Notes: generated by a model from the letters alone, not told the origin. 64,000 nt of DNA from an uncultured Bacteroidales bacterium (GCA_902790595.1 CADASL010000005.1:28949-92948); one strand, 5' to 3'; positions 20,217-29,592 are shown, counted from the stretch's first letter. Made by a program: numbers and translations.

Positions 20217-21233
20217 TTATCTCTTAAAATGTTTAATAACATATTTTAACTTATATTTTAATCCCATTTTCTCAAACATATCACTCAGTCCTCGTTTAAT
20301 TTTATACTTCAAACTAGCCTTGGAATATTTTTTATAAAACTCTTCAATTGAATATCGCTCATAATTATCCCAAAACTCATCATAATTTAGTGGAATAGGT
20401 GTCTGTTCAAACAAATGAGGATTGAATACTCTCCAACGCTCATCATTACATTCTTTTATTAATATTGACTCATTCAAAAATTTACTTACCATATGGTCAA
20501 ATGCGCGTTGACCTTTATCAGTATGTGGTATTACAAGAGAAACATCTTTAATTCCCTTAAATTCAGGAATTAACTCTTGTACCCCCCAAAAATCTCCTAT
20601 CGTTATATCGGCTGGTCTATTTAAATCTTTATTTCGGAAATTACAATTAAAACATCCCTTATATAAGGACACACAAGTTGAGAACAACCTCATCCATGCC
20701 TTCATTTCGTCAGGATCATATATTATTCTTCCATCTTCAAGTTCAACAAATGTCCTCCCCTTTTTGCGTGTAAAATTATTTCTAAAACAAACACGCTTTA
20801 TTTTTCCATACTTTTGTTCTATGAGTTTGACATAACCTCTCCAAAGTTCCGACTTAGGAGTACCATGACAGATTAAGTCAATTGTCAGCAACGAATCAGA
20901 ATCACATCCACTTTTTTTAATAATACTGTTGATTGCAGCTACCTGACACGGGGTTCCAACAAACAATACAGGAATTTTCTGTCTGATTAATTCTTGTATC
21001 TGTTCTAATGGTTCTGATATATCACTTCTAACATATTTACTCTCCTGAAAACATAAGATACCATCTCTATATTTCTTGCCAAAATGTTTTACCGAAAAGT
21101 CATCATTAAAGGCCGCACCAAATACAATAAATTCATCTCCAACTTCTTCATATAATGCTCGAGCAATTGCGGGGAATGCGCCACCCGACGAACTCGTGGG
21201 ATACTCAAAACTTTTGAAAGCATATACACTCAT
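20217..21233 (-). CDS. FrhB/FdhB-like (coenzyme F420 hydrogenase beta-subunit family) protein, no ferredoxin domain
   Basis: 338 aa with FVGTPCQVAAI and IGDFWG, the same motifs as the middle part of the 597-aa fusion at 14921-16714. Confidence 0.7.
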   Translation of the reverse strand: MSVYAFKSFEYPTSSSGGAFPAIARALYEEVGDEFIVFGAAFNDDFSVKHFGKKYRDGILCFQESKYVRSDISEPLEQIQELIRQKIPVLFVGTPCQVAAINSIIKKSGCDSDSLLTIDLICHGTPKSELWRGYVKLIEQKYGKIKRVCFRNNFTRKKGRTFVELEDGRIIYDPDEMKAWMRLFSTCVSLYKGCFNCNFRNKDLNRPADITIGDFWGVQELIPEFKGIKDVSLVIPHTDKGQRAFDHMVSKFLNESILIKECNDERWRVFNPHLFEQTPIPLNYDEFWDNYERYSIEEFYKKYSKASLKYKIKRGLSDMFEKMGLKYKLKYVIKHFKR

Positions 21234-21267
21234 ACAAAAATTCCTATTACATTCCCAAGTCTATTTT

Positions 21268-21705
21268 TTATTCTTCTCCGTTTTCGCTCATTTTGTGAAG
21301 AACCTCGGACAACAATGATGAAGAAACTCCATCCGTATGTGGAAGAAAAACAACATCAACCCCAACTTCTTTGAACTCATCAATCATCTTGTTGTACATA
21401 TCACTGCCTTTCCAATCTGAACCATGAAAAAGAGCATCAAAATGATATTTCTCCCAAGCTTCCATTTTATTCATACAAGTTTGAGGAACAGCCTGATCTA
21501 CACATTTAAGAGCAGAAACAATAGCCATTCTTTCTTCAAATGGAATGATGGGAGTTTTATTTTTATAACTCCTAACAACCTCATCTGTACTCACTCCGAC
21601 AATAAGGTATTCACATTGTTCTTTTGCTCTCTGAAGGACTTTCAAATGTCCGATATGAAACATATCAAAAACCCCTGTTGTATAGCCTATTTTGTATTTT
21701 TTCAT
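21268..21705 (-). CDS. Small cytidylyltransferase (glycerol-3-phosphate cytidylyltransferase/TagD-like)
   Basis: 145 aa with GYTTGVFDMFHIGHLKVLQRAKEQCEYLIVGVSTDE (HxGH) and a later HGSDW. There is an ATGA overlap with licD. Confidence 0.8.
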   Translation of the reverse strand: MKKYKIGYTTGVFDMFHIGHLKVLQRAKEQCEYLIVGVSTDEVVRSYKNKTPIIPFEERMAIVSALKCVDQAVPQTCMNKMEAWEKYHFDALFHGSDWKGSDMYNKMIDEFKEVGVDVVFLPHTDGVSSSLLSEVLHKMSENGEE

Positions 21706-22568
21706 TGTTTTAGATTATCCTTTACACAATAATAAGTCCCTTTGTAATCAAGATATGAATGTTCCGTATCTATCTTTGCAAGCTTATCAAGCTTAACACC
21801 TCGTTTTTCTATAGGTGGCAATTTCATATAGTCCCCATAAAACTTCTTCAAGAAATAATCATATCCAACCGGAACACTAAAAGTATCCGTTTCAAATTGC
21901 ATAGGTATTGTCTTCTCAAAAACATCTGCTGGATATATTCTACGGCATCTATTTAAATTTCCATAGAAATGTGCCTTATACTTTGTTTTTTCCCCTTCAT
22001 ATCTTGCCATATATCTAAGACAAAATCTTTTATATTTTTCTCTAAGCTTGCCTCGGACTATAAACAAAATAACTGCTCCGACAACTTTCATAAAAGCACC
22101 ATTATTATGAGGAATTTCACCAACTTCCAAGAGCATGTACATCACTGCATGAAGAGCCTGTATTTCTCTTAGAATCTTATTGTCAGCAACATTATATAGA
22201 GGATATATATCTATGTTAATTCCGTGATGCATATCTCTATGCGCTTGCGGTTTTACAATAAATGCTGTGCCATCTCTTCTTAATTTATAATATGTTGTTC
22301 CAGAATTAGGATCCGTATTAGCTGTCTGCAAGAAATAACCTTCCTTAAACTCTCCTTTTTTGAATAATTCTTCCAATCTTTTATAATCAGCAATAGGCAT
22401 TCCTGTATCTATATCGTCATCCCAAGGAATAAACCCACGATGCCTAATAGCGCCAAGTAATGTACCAAAAGCAAGATAATAAGTCAAACCGTTTTTATCA
22501 CAAACGCGTTTTAATTCCTTAAGAATCTCATATTGTTTTTTATGCAATGGTTGTATTTCTTCGTACAT
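21702..22568 (-). CDS. licD: LicD-family phosphotransferase
   Basis: 288 aa with YYLAFGTLLGAIRHRGFIPWDDDIDTGMP, the LicD nucleotidyltransferase-fold motif (DxD). Confidence 0.85.
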   Translation of the reverse strand: MYEEIQPLHKKQYEILKELKRVCDKNGLTYYLAFGTLLGAIRHRGFIPWDDDIDTGMPIADYKRLEELFKKGEFKEGYFLQTANTDPNSGTTYYKLRRDGTAFIVKPQAHRDMHHGINIDIYPLYNVADNKILREIQALHAVMYMLLEVGEIPHNNGAFMKVVGAVILFIVRGKLREKYKRFCLRYMARYEGEKTKYKAHFYGNLNRCRRIYPADVFEKTIPMQFETDTFSVPVGYDYFLKKFYGDYMKLPPIEKRGVKLDKLAKIDTEHSYLDYKGTYYCVKDNLKQ

Positions 22569-22630
22569 AAAACAAACAAATAATATATTTTACAAACAGA
22601 ATAGCACTATTTCTATTCTTAATCCACATA

Positions 22631-23461
22631 TCAATTTTTATTCTCGTTTATTACCCCATAAAAATCTAAAGCTTCTTTAACACTCACAATACGTATATTA
22701 TTCTCTAAACAATAATCAATTGCTTTTCTAAAATCGTTAAGGAAATCTTCTGACATCTCATTATATATTGAATGCATCATCCATATTTCCCAACCAGGAG
22801 TTTCATTTAATTGATTAATATAACCCTTTAAATCTTCAAGAGTATTTGTCATATGATTGCAAATAGGGAACCGTTTTAGCCCATATTTATGCATTTTTAT
22901 AAATTCATAGTCATTAACGACACTGCCAGAACTATTTATTCCGCATCTCATAACTTTTGAACAAATAGTAACCGTTGCCCCAGCTGATGCTCCCGGATAA
23001 ACCCAAATATCAGAAGTTTCCTCATATCCATTGCTTGACAAATCTTCAATGCTTTCTATCATTTCATTTCGTATATCATCCTTACTTCGTTTCTCACTCT
23101 CTGCCTTACTATATATATGATATTTACTATGGTTTAATACCTCAGCTCCTTGTTCGTGGCATTCCCTTATAGTTTCCCAATCCATGTAATTTCTAGTTCC
23201 GGCCCTACTCGTTTCTATTGCCATCGAAATGGAAATATTTTTTTCCTTTATGATTGGTAGTAACTTATCCACGAACGAAGTGTGACCATCGTCATCAATA
23301 AAAGTCAATAGTTTTGCGTTTTTTCTAATTTCTACAGTATCAACAAACTCTTGTTGATTGTTGATTGTTAATTGTTGATTGTTTGTAATGCACAAGACTA
23401 CAATAATAGTGACAAAAAGAGAGAAGAAAAGAAAAACAGTGAATTTCTTCATTTTAAACAT
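22631..23461 (-). CDS. Polysaccharide deacetylase (CE4-like) family protein with N-terminal membrane anchor
   Basis: 276 aa. It has a TM/signal segment (KKFTVFLFFSLFVTIIVVLC) and the motifs FIDDDGH and LNHSKYH, typical of the family. Confidence 0.65.
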   Translation of the reverse strand: MFKMKKFTVFLFFSLFVTIIVVLCITNNQQLTINNQQEFVDTVEIRKNAKLLTFIDDDGHTSFVDKLLPIIKEKNISISMAIETSRAGTRNYMDWETIRECHEQGAEVLNHSKYHIYSKAESEKRSKDDIRNEMIESIEDLSSNGYEETSDIWVYPGASAGATVTICSKVMRCGINSSGSVVNDYEFIKMHKYGLKRFPICNHMTNTLEDLKGYINQLNETPGWEIWMMHSIYNEMSEDFLNDFRKAIDYCLENNIRIVSVKEALDFYGVINENKN

Positions 23462-23471
23462 TTTATATACA

Positions 23472-24242
23472 TTATATATACTCCCCTGCCGTCAACCTAA
23501 ATGTGCTTCCCGTCATCATCGCCGAAGCGTCTGACATCAAATAGATTAATCCTTCCATATAGTCATTGCGTTCGCACATACGACCCATTGGTAGAATGTC
23601 GGCAGCGCGTTTGCGGAGTTCCGCCTCACTTTCTCCTTGGCTTATGCGAAGCGCGACCTCACCCTCGGTTGGTGTCCAACCGAGAGTAAGATAGTTGCAG
23701 CGTATCTGTTCTGTTGCGTATTGGTGCGATATGTGCTCCATTAGAATCCTCAACACACCTTTAGAGCAAGCGTATGCTGCACGGTCTTTTTGTCCGCCCC
23801 AAGCGTGAGCTGAGCCTGTGAGCACAATACTGCCACCGCCATTGAGTCTCATATATTTAATGGCCTGTTGGCAGCAAAAAAAACACGCTTTGAAGTTTAC
23901 ATCCATTACCCAATCGAAAGTCTCCTCGTCGCAAGTATCAAGAGGGCTAACAGGTGTTACTCCAGCGTAGTTAAAAAAGCCATCGATTTTGCCATATTTT
24001 TCATAAGCGGCATCAAATAAATGCTTGCAGTCGTCCACCTTCAGAAGGTCGCAGTGAACAAAAATACCATCAGAGCCGAATGTACGGATATTTCGGACTG
24101 CCTCTTTCCCCGCTTTCTCATCTCGGCCACCAATAACCACCTTCGCCCCTTCGCGTCCGGCGACTTCGGCGAAAGCCCTGCCCACACCTTTAGTGCCACC
24201 AGAAATAACAATGACTTTGTCTTTTAAACGTTCAAGTTCCAT
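23472..24242 (-). CDS. SDR-family oxidoreductase
   Basis: 256 aa with ISGGTKGVGRA and YACSKGVL (YxxxK). Confidence 0.85.
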   Translation of the reverse strand: MELERLKDKVIVISGGTKGVGRAFAEVAGREGAKVVIGGRDEKAGKEAVRNIRTFGSDGIFVHCDLLKVDDCKHLFDAAYEKYGKIDGFFNYAGVTPVSPLDTCDEETFDWVMDVNFKACFFCCQQAIKYMRLNGGGSIVLTGSAHAWGGQKDRAAYACSKGVLRILMEHISHQYATEQIRCNYLTLGWTPTEGEVALRISQGESEAELRKRAADILPMGRMCERNDYMEGLIYLMSDASAMMTGSTFRLTAGEYI

Positions 24243-24261
24243 AGGCGTTCAGCAAAAAGTG

Positions 24262-25554
24262 TTATTTAAGTTCTAAAGCCTTGTTGACGTCAAACCCTTT
24301 GAGTAAAAGATTGTTGCCGTTTTCGTCCACAACTTTTACAGTGTTCATATAGTATTTCAAAGTGTCGGCTAATTCCATTTTGCTATTGCAAACAAGGTAC
24401 ATACGCGTAAGCACTTGTTTCTCGTTTCCAATCCACTCGGGAAGAACCGTATCGCCTTCGTGCAAACGTTGGATATTAGCCACTACTCGCGGGTCTTTGT
24501 CAATCTCTTCCAATCCTGTGATTTTGGCAATCTTGCCCTTTTTGAGCAAGAACCATAACGTTGCAGCCCATTTGCCGCGTAAACGTGTGTCGTCATCGGT
24601 TTCAAGGTTGACATCGCCTTCCGAACCTGTAAGTGCAAAACGGATAAGCATTTCTCTCTGGTCGAACCCGTGAATGGCTTTCATCAACAGATGAGGAGCC
24701 TCTCCTTGCAAACGGAATCCGGTATCGTAAACATAAAATTCCCCGTTCTCATAAAAGCCAGACAGCATCAAAACGCCGTTTTCTATGCCGATTTCCTTGA
24801 ACAATCGCAAAGCGTTAGGATGCATTCGCTCAAAGTATTCATCAAGATGCTTTGACGGATATGTACCTCCAAGACAAACGCGTGACAATCCAGGCTGTTC
24901 GTCGGTGGTATAACGGTCGTATATGCAAGATGCAGAGCAATATCCGTCTTTGAATGTGTAATACATTCCCATATCGTCACACTGCATATATTTCTCAACA
25001 ATGAAGCGTTTTTTATGGCTGTTTTCCAAAGCGAGTTTTACACCAGCTTTGAGCTCTTCTTCGTTATAAGCCACTGTCATTCCAACACCTCCACCATTGT
25101 CAACAGGCTTAACCATAACCGGATAGACAATCTTGTCAAGATCCTCACGTTTCATATCGGCATCAAGATAAAACTCAGGAATACCGTGAACGCCATATCT
25201 CTCGCAAGTGGATTTGAACACATCTTTGAAGGCAAACACATCCACAATTTGTTGAGTGGCATAGCAAGGCAGATTAAGTGCCTCACATACTTTGCAATAC
25301 GATGGCACTAGAATGTCAGCAACACCAACCAATACGCCGTCAACTTTTTCTTCACGAGCCAACGCGATAAGTCCCGGCACGTCCATACCATCGACATCGT
25401 ACGATTTCCACGCCGCTTTTTTCGCTGCATCTGTATGTCTGCCAGAAGAGACTATTGTTTTGATACCCATATTGTTGGCTATTTCTACAAGTGGTGTCGT
25501 TTCGGGATTGCCACCCAAAATCAACAACTTCTTACCCTCAAATTCTTTGCTCAT
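24262..25554 (-). CDS. ATP-grasp domain protein (carboxylate-amine ligase type)
   Basis: 430 aa. The N-terminal pre-ATP-grasp segment is KKLLILGGNPETTPLV. The central YPVMVKPVDNGGGVGMTV and later E..MLSGF..NGEFYVYDTGFRLQG fit the ATP-grasp fold. Confidence 0.7.
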   Translation of the reverse strand: MSKEFEGKKLLILGGNPETTPLVEIANNMGIKTIVSSGRHTDAAKKAAWKSYDVDGMDVPGLIALAREEKVDGVLVGVADILVPSYCKVCEALNLPCYATQQIVDVFAFKDVFKSTCERYGVHGIPEFYLDADMKREDLDKIVYPVMVKPVDNGGGVGMTVAYNEEELKAGVKLALENSHKKRFIVEKYMQCDDMGMYYTFKDGYCSASCIYDRYTTDEQPGLSRVCLGGTYPSKHLDEYFERMHPNALRLFKEIGIENGVLMLSGFYENGEFYVYDTGFRLQGEAPHLLMKAIHGFDQREMLIRFALTGSEGDVNLETDDDTRLRGKWAATLWFLLKKGKIAKITGLEEIDKDPRVVANIQRLHEGDTVLPEWIGNEKQVLTRMYLVCNSKMELADTLKYYMNTVKVVDENGNNLLLKGFDVNKALELK

Positions 25555-25580
25555 TTTATACGTGTTAATAATTAATATGT

Positions 25581-26345
25581 TTACAATGTAAATTGTTCAC
25601 CTTGCTGCATCAACAGGCAAGGAAGGTCTTTCTCTTTCATAATCTCATAAAAGCGTCCAACATCTCCGTGGTGCGATGCAAACATACCATAATGGCACGG
25701 AATTGTGATTTCTGATTTCAACGACTCGGCCAATGTAGCACATTCGCTTTCGTTCATATTCCCGCACACTCCATTAATTGGTGCTATCAATACATCCAGC
25801 GGCATTGGAATCTCTCCAACCCTATCAAGACGCAAACAAGTGTCACCTGCTTCATAAATTGTTTTACCATCCACTTTTATTACCACACCAACAGCATCGG
25901 GAGCCCCTTTTCCGTGGTCGCAGTTAACAAACGAAATATCAAAATCCCCGATAGTCAAATTATTACCTGGTGATACATATGTTATTTGGCTATCGTAATA
26001 ATCCAACAGCAAATTATTTATAAGCTTCTGGCAATCAACAGAACACAGCAACTTGGTTTTACCATTTGCAAGCATTGCCGGAACAGAATCCACATCGAAA
26101 TGGTCAAGATGCGGATGGGTGCAAACAACCACGTCAAAATCAATGTCTGATGGGTTAAGTATTTGTGGCAAAAGACGTTTGAATCCTTTGTGACCCTCCA
26201 ATCTTTCAACACACTCCGACAGGTATAAATCGATGGCAAGAAGTTGACCCGATGCCGATTTGATAATGAACCCCGCCTGTCCTGTAGCGAATATATTTGT
26301 TTGACCTAACTTGGCAGTTATGACTTTTGTTGCGAAATCAAGCAT
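25581..26345 (-). CDS. MBL-fold metallo-hydrolase
   Basis: The ORF-track start at 26381 is a TTG, so I prefer ATG 26345 (MLDFATKV...). The motif VVCTHPHLDHFD (HxHxDH) defines the family. Confidence 0.8.
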   Translation of the reverse strand: MLDFATKVITAKLGQTNIFATGQAGFIIKSASGQLLAIDLYLSECVERLEGHKGFKRLLPQILNPSDIDFDVVVCTHPHLDHFDVDSVPAMLANGKTKLLCSVDCQKLINNLLLDYYDSQITYVSPGNNLTIGDFDISFVNCDHGKGAPDAVGVVIKVDGKTIYEAGDTCLRLDRVGEIPMPLDVLIAPINGVCGNMNESECATLAESLKSEITIPCHYGMFASHHGDVGRFYEIMKEKDLPCLLMQQGEQFTL

Positions 26346-27585
26346 GGGATATGTTTTTTTGTTTGTTTTTGGTTTCTTCAATTCTTATAGCATCAACATC
26401 AAGGAATTGAGATATAAGTTCTGTTTTATTGTCCGGAACAGAAACCGTAAGAATTTTTTGTTTACTTACACCCAAGTCCAACAACCTTTTGGTCACATTT
26501 TTCGCGACTATAGAGTCAACCGTAGCGATAAGAACATAATCATACTCAATATGAGTAATTGACTCCACCGGATCAACATCCAAGCAGCACCTCCTGTACT
26601 CCCAAAAATCGTCATCGAGCCAAGCTACGACATTACAGTGTCCGGTTTCTTTGAAACGGTTGATTAATTGCTGTCCGAATGTCCCGGCGCTGTATACAAC
26701 AATGTTCCTATTGAAATATTTATTATCGAATGTAGAGAAACTATCCTGCGGCAATCTTCCACCTGAACGCATAATGGCTATCGACAACACATAATCGGTA
26801 ATTTGCTTTCCGATTTCAAATTCCATAGGGGCGGTATTACTCCATTGCATCATATAATCGTACAGATACTTAAGTTTTTGTGCCTCATCGGCATAACTTG
26901 TACTCTGTTTCAGCATGCTGTCTTCACGCTGGCGATAGTGGTAAGCCACATTGTCAACAACGGCAACACATTTACACTTCAACAGTGCCGGATATGTAAC
27001 AGCACCATCTTCGCCTATCGAAATTCTATTGTCAACGGTTGATTGCGGGGACAGCAAAATATCGCGCTTAAACAGTTTATTCCAAACGTATGTGCTTATG
27101 CCTGGCCGATAGTATTCACCATATGAAATCATTGATTTCCAAAGCTCATTCAATTTTTCACCTTGATAAATACCAGTTGGTATTGCATTATTGAAATGGG
27201 CAGATTTTGAGAACAAATCTCTTGTTTGTCCTGCACAAACCATATCTGCGCTACTTGTTACTGCAACGGTACACAGGTTTTCTATAAAACCTGTACCTAT
27301 CCAATCATCACCATCAACGTAACTTATGTATCCTCCGTTACTTTCTCTAAGCCCAGCCTTGCGAGCACTTACCAAACCACCATTGGGCTTATGAATTACC
27401 TTTATTCTAGAGTCTTTCCTAGCGTAAAGGTCGCAAATTTCGGGGCATCGGTCCTTACTACCATCATCAACAAGAATTATTTCTATATTTTTATATGTTT
27501 GATTAATAATACTCTCGATACAAATACCGAGATATTTGTCAATCATATAAATTGGAACTATTATGCTGATAAGTGGCTGATTCAT
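26338..27585 (-). CDS. Family 2 glycosyltransferase with extended C-terminal domain
   Basis: The internal ATG 27585 gives MNQPLISIIVPIYMIDKYLGICIESIINQTYKNIEIILVDDGS, followed by YVDGDD. The ~170-aa C-terminal extension looks Rossmann-like (NIVVYSAGTFGQQL). Confidence 0.85.
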   Translation of the reverse strand: MNQPLISIIVPIYMIDKYLGICIESIINQTYKNIEIILVDDGSKDRCPEICDLYARKDSRIKVIHKPNGGLVSARKAGLRESNGGYISYVDGDDWIGTGFIENLCTVAVTSSADMVCAGQTRDLFSKSAHFNNAIPTGIYQGEKLNELWKSMISYGEYYRPGISTYVWNKLFKRDILLSPQSTVDNRISIGEDGAVTYPALLKCKCVAVVDNVAYHYRQREDSMLKQSTSYADEAQKLKYLYDYMMQWSNTAPMEFEIGKQITDYVLSIAIMRSGGRLPQDSFSTFDNKYFNRNIVVYSAGTFGQQLINRFKETGHCNVVAWLDDDFWEYRRCCLDVDPVESITHIEYDYVLIATVDSIVAKNVTKRLLDLGVSKQKILTVSVPDNKTELISQFLDVDAIRIEETKNKQKNISHA

Positions 27586-27590
27586 ACAAT

Positions 27591-28223
27591 CTATCTTAAT
27601 GCTTTTCGACCAACACTTGCACAATAATCTGTAAAATCTTCCATTGTGGCACAAGTTTCGGAACTGATACCTTCCCGTTTAAACACTTTACCCACTGTTT
27701 GTAATATTATTTTTATATCACCCCCAAAGGTAATATTAGAAACGTATTTTAAATCCAAGGTAAACTTATCTTCCCAACCAAGGGCGTTTCTTCCACTTAC
27801 TTGTGCCAGCCCCGTTAATCCTGGCAGAGCATCGTGTCTATGTTTTTCCTCTATGGTATAATATGGCAAGTATTTGACTAAAAGTGGTCTTGGGCCAACG
27901 ATAGACATATCTCCTTTTAAAATATTGAACAACTCTGGCAACTCATCAAGACTCGTACTTCTTAGGAATTTTCCATATTTGGTGAGTCGAACTTCGTCTG
28001 GCAAGAGATTTCCTTCTTTATCTTTCTTATTGTTCATAGTACGGAACTTGATAAGTTTGAAAATCTTTTCGTTCTTGCCAGGACGCTGCTGAGTAAAAAA
28101 AGGGTTACCAGACATTGCTATAAACCCAACAATCATCAATAGCAATAATAGTGGCAACAAAAAAACAACAGCCAACAATGAAAGGGTAAAATCTATTAAT
28201 CGCTTAAAAAAGATACTATACAT
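27591..28223 (-). CDS. Small monotopic phosphoglycosyl transferase (initiating undecaprenyl-phosphate sugar-1-phosphate transferase, PglC/WcfS-like)
   Basis: 210 aa. It has one re-entrant helix (LIDFTLSLLAVVFLLPLLLLLMIV), then KFRTM, SLDELPELFNILKGDMSIVGPRP. Confidence 0.88.
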   Translation of the reverse strand: MYSIFFKRLIDFTLSLLAVVFLLPLLLLLMIVGFIAMSGNPFFTQQRPGKNEKIFKLIKFRTMNNKKDKEGNLLPDEVRLTKYGKFLRSTSLDELPELFNILKGDMSIVGPRPLLVKYLPYYTIEEKHRHDALPGLTGLAQVSGRNALGWEDKFTLDLKYVSNITFGGDIKIILQTVGKVFKREGISSETCATMEDFTDYCASVGRKALR

Positions 28224-28234
28224 ATAAGGTTGCC

Positions 28235-29014
28235 TTATTCTCTTTTATGATTTGATTTATACGCCAACCTCAATCCTATGGAATGGGCTTTAACAGTTAA
28301 TTCATAAAAACAACGACTAGATACCCTCGGATAAGCTCTGGCTGGATTTGTAATAGCTCCACCCCTAACCGTATACATCATATTGGGAACGGCACTCAAT
28401 AAATCCTGCATCATTTCAAACACATTTCCACTCATATCATATATTCCCAACTCATTAGCACTCTTACTTGCCACAGCATGAGTAGTTCCTCCAGCATTAT
28501 CTTTATACCACGCCACTTCATCAACATCATCACTCCCGGCGTACTTTTTGTCTGTTGATTTCTTTCCTCCTCTTGCTGCATATTCCCATTCTGCTTCAAA
28601 AGGCAATCGGAATTGCTGTCCTGTCATCTCATTAAGTTTCTTAATAAATTCCTGCACATCGTTCCACGATACATTCTCTACCGGATAGTTACCATCCTTA
28701 TATTTGAAATGGCTAGGATTACTTCCCATAACGGCAAACCATAATTCTTGAGTTACTTCTGTTTCTCCTATCAGAAAATCTTCAACAATCACCTTATGAG
28801 CTGGTTTTTCGTTTTCACGAGCATCATCGCCTTGTCCAGGAGTAGCGCCCATCATAAATGAGCCTCCTTCAACAGCTATCATTTTGAATTTTACACCGTT
28901 GACATCAAATTCCTGGTCCGATATGGTACTGCACGAGTTTAACGCTACACTGGCGCCCAATATGGCTATTACAATACTATATTTTATGTTTTTCATAATA
29001 AAATACACCATCAT
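28235..29014 (-). CDS. FGE-sulfatase/SUMF1-domain lipoprotein
   Basis: 259 aa with a lipobox (ILGASVALNSC). EAEWEYAARGG and RGGAITNPARAYPRVSSR...IGLRLA are typical of the formylglycine-generating-enzyme-like fold. There is an ATGA overlap with the upstream ORF (29011-29014). Confidence 0.75.
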   Translation of the reverse strand: MMVYFIMKNIKYSIVIAILGASVALNSCSTISDQEFDVNGVKFKMIAVEGGSFMMGATPGQGDDARENEKPAHKVIVEDFLIGETEVTQELWFAVMGSNPSHFKYKDGNYPVENVSWNDVQEFIKKLNEMTGQQFRLPFEAEWEYAARGGKKSTDKKYAGSDDVDEVAWYKDNAGGTTHAVASKSANELGIYDMSGNVFEMMQDLLSAVPNMMYTVRGGAITNPARAYPRVSSRCFYELTVKAHSIGLRLAYKSNHKRE

Positions 29015-29592
29015 ATCAACCTCTCATACCCCGACACTTCCTTCAAGCTCCCCGACAAGCAATATCCCGCATCAGTTTTGGTTAAAACTCCCGATTTCTC
29101 AAGATTGATAGCTGCCGATAGAATACTTTTTCGGTCGAAAGGTTCGGGGGTTGAATTGTTGTTTTTTAATTGTGTCTCTAAATCGTTGATATTCGCGCTA
29201 TTGCTTTGATGAACACAACCAATTATCGCTGATATTAATGCAAGTTCACTGCTATCGGATATTGAGTTGACAAAACCTGCGCTCTGAATCACGTATGGTA
29301 TGCTACGCTTGTATGCTTCGGTTATGCGCGAATCCTGGTTATCAAGTTGAGATTGCAGCGTCGCGGCCGTATCAGTATTGCTTTGCTTTTGAAGCTGTTT
29401 TATTTCAACTGCAAGGTTATCAACTATCTGGTAATATTCTTGCATTTCATCTTCAATATTGAAACAATCGCGGCCGCTGAACACATTGAGCATCAAGGCC
29501 GATTTATGCAGCCGAAGTCTGTCGAATGGTGAAAGTTCAGTCTTCAACCTCATCAGAATCAGCTCACATAGTATTGTTCTTGAATCACTCAT
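29011..29592 (-). CDS. Hypothetical protein (193 aa), no recognisable domain
   Basis: Uninterrupted ORF with an ATG start, translationally coupled to the FGE-like lipoprotein. It is predicted soluble with a coiled-coil-like middle (EIKQLQKQSNTDTAATLQSQLDNQ). Confidence 0.55.
   Translation of the reverse strand: MSDSRTILCELILMRLKTELSPFDRLRLHKSALMLNVFSGRDCFNIEDEMQEYYQIVDNLAVEIKQLQKQSNTDTAATLQSQLDNQDSRITEAYKRSIPYVIQSAGFVNSISDSSELALISAIIGCVHQSNSANINDLETQLKNNNSTPEPFDRKSILSAAINLEKSGVLTKTDAGYCLSGSLKEVSGYERLI

Noticed and set aside
23338-23400. Short tandem repetition (attgttgattgtt...) near the 5' end of the deacetylase gene
   Set aside because: It lies in frame and simply encodes the TINNQQLTINNQQEF linker after the membrane anchor. 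It is too short and imperfect to call a functional repeat or slippage tract.
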